DNA of 63,137 bases, the filler included, from Octopus bimaculoides (Eukaryota): NCBI RefSeq assembly GCF_001194135.2. It is 11 parts of 10 records of this genome, joined end to end, with 100 filler letters (N's around TTAATTAATTAA, not from the genome) between each part and the next. Parts side by side here need not be neighbours in the genome. Positions count along the whole stretch, not along the records: positions 51,988 to 63,137 come from NC_069003.1; 10 more parts are not named here. One strand, given 5' to 3'. The notes beneath the pieces were generated by a model that was not told the DNA's origin, searched no databases, and saw nothing but the letters and a program-made list of their open reading frames with translations. Of this stretch, positions 63,053 through 63,137 are shown piece by piece (the first letter of the stretch is position 1; every line of letters starts with the position of its first letter). Both the position numbers and the translations under genes were made by a program.

Positions 63053-63137
<85 letters not shown>

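Larger units (their letters stand above)
46400..63137. repeat. Microsatellite-dominated segment: (TA)n, (CA)n, (GA)n, (TATG)n, (CAT)n, (TTA)n, (TAG)n, (GGT)n separated by short unique islands
   Basis: Direct inspection; most ORF-track entries here are repeat translations. Confidence 0.9.

Noticed and set aside
1-63137. CRISPR arrays, rRNA genes, prokaryotic operons
   Set aside because: None seen; repeats are eukaryotic microsatellites and SINEs with no constant-repeat/unique-spacer pattern.

Overview
Eukaryotic, AT-rich, repeat-saturated animal DNA from a draft assembly; about 9 kb is N, and ten gaps carry an artificial TTAATTAATTAA spacer. The SINE families, microsatellite load and gap style suggest an octopus genome (inference). 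Only one host gene is recognisable: the first coding exon of NDUFS5 (complex I 15-kDa twin-CX9C subunit) on the minus strand at 7489-7689. Its 3' coding exon is not visible and may lie in the 4405-4768 gap. The rest is relics of Penelope, HERO-like, Tx1/L1-like and RTE-like retroelements, two internally deleted Tc1/mariner elements, hAT- and piggyBac-type MITEs, a Helentron-like element, four tRNA-derived SINE families and simple repeats. The most interesting signal is seven type I hammerhead-ribozyme-like motifs in five short repeat families. Three have intact cores, and one of these sits behind a tRNA-like Pol III head, giving a candidate ribozyme-bearing, Penelope-dependent SINE. All structures were read by eye; no database search or folding program was run.
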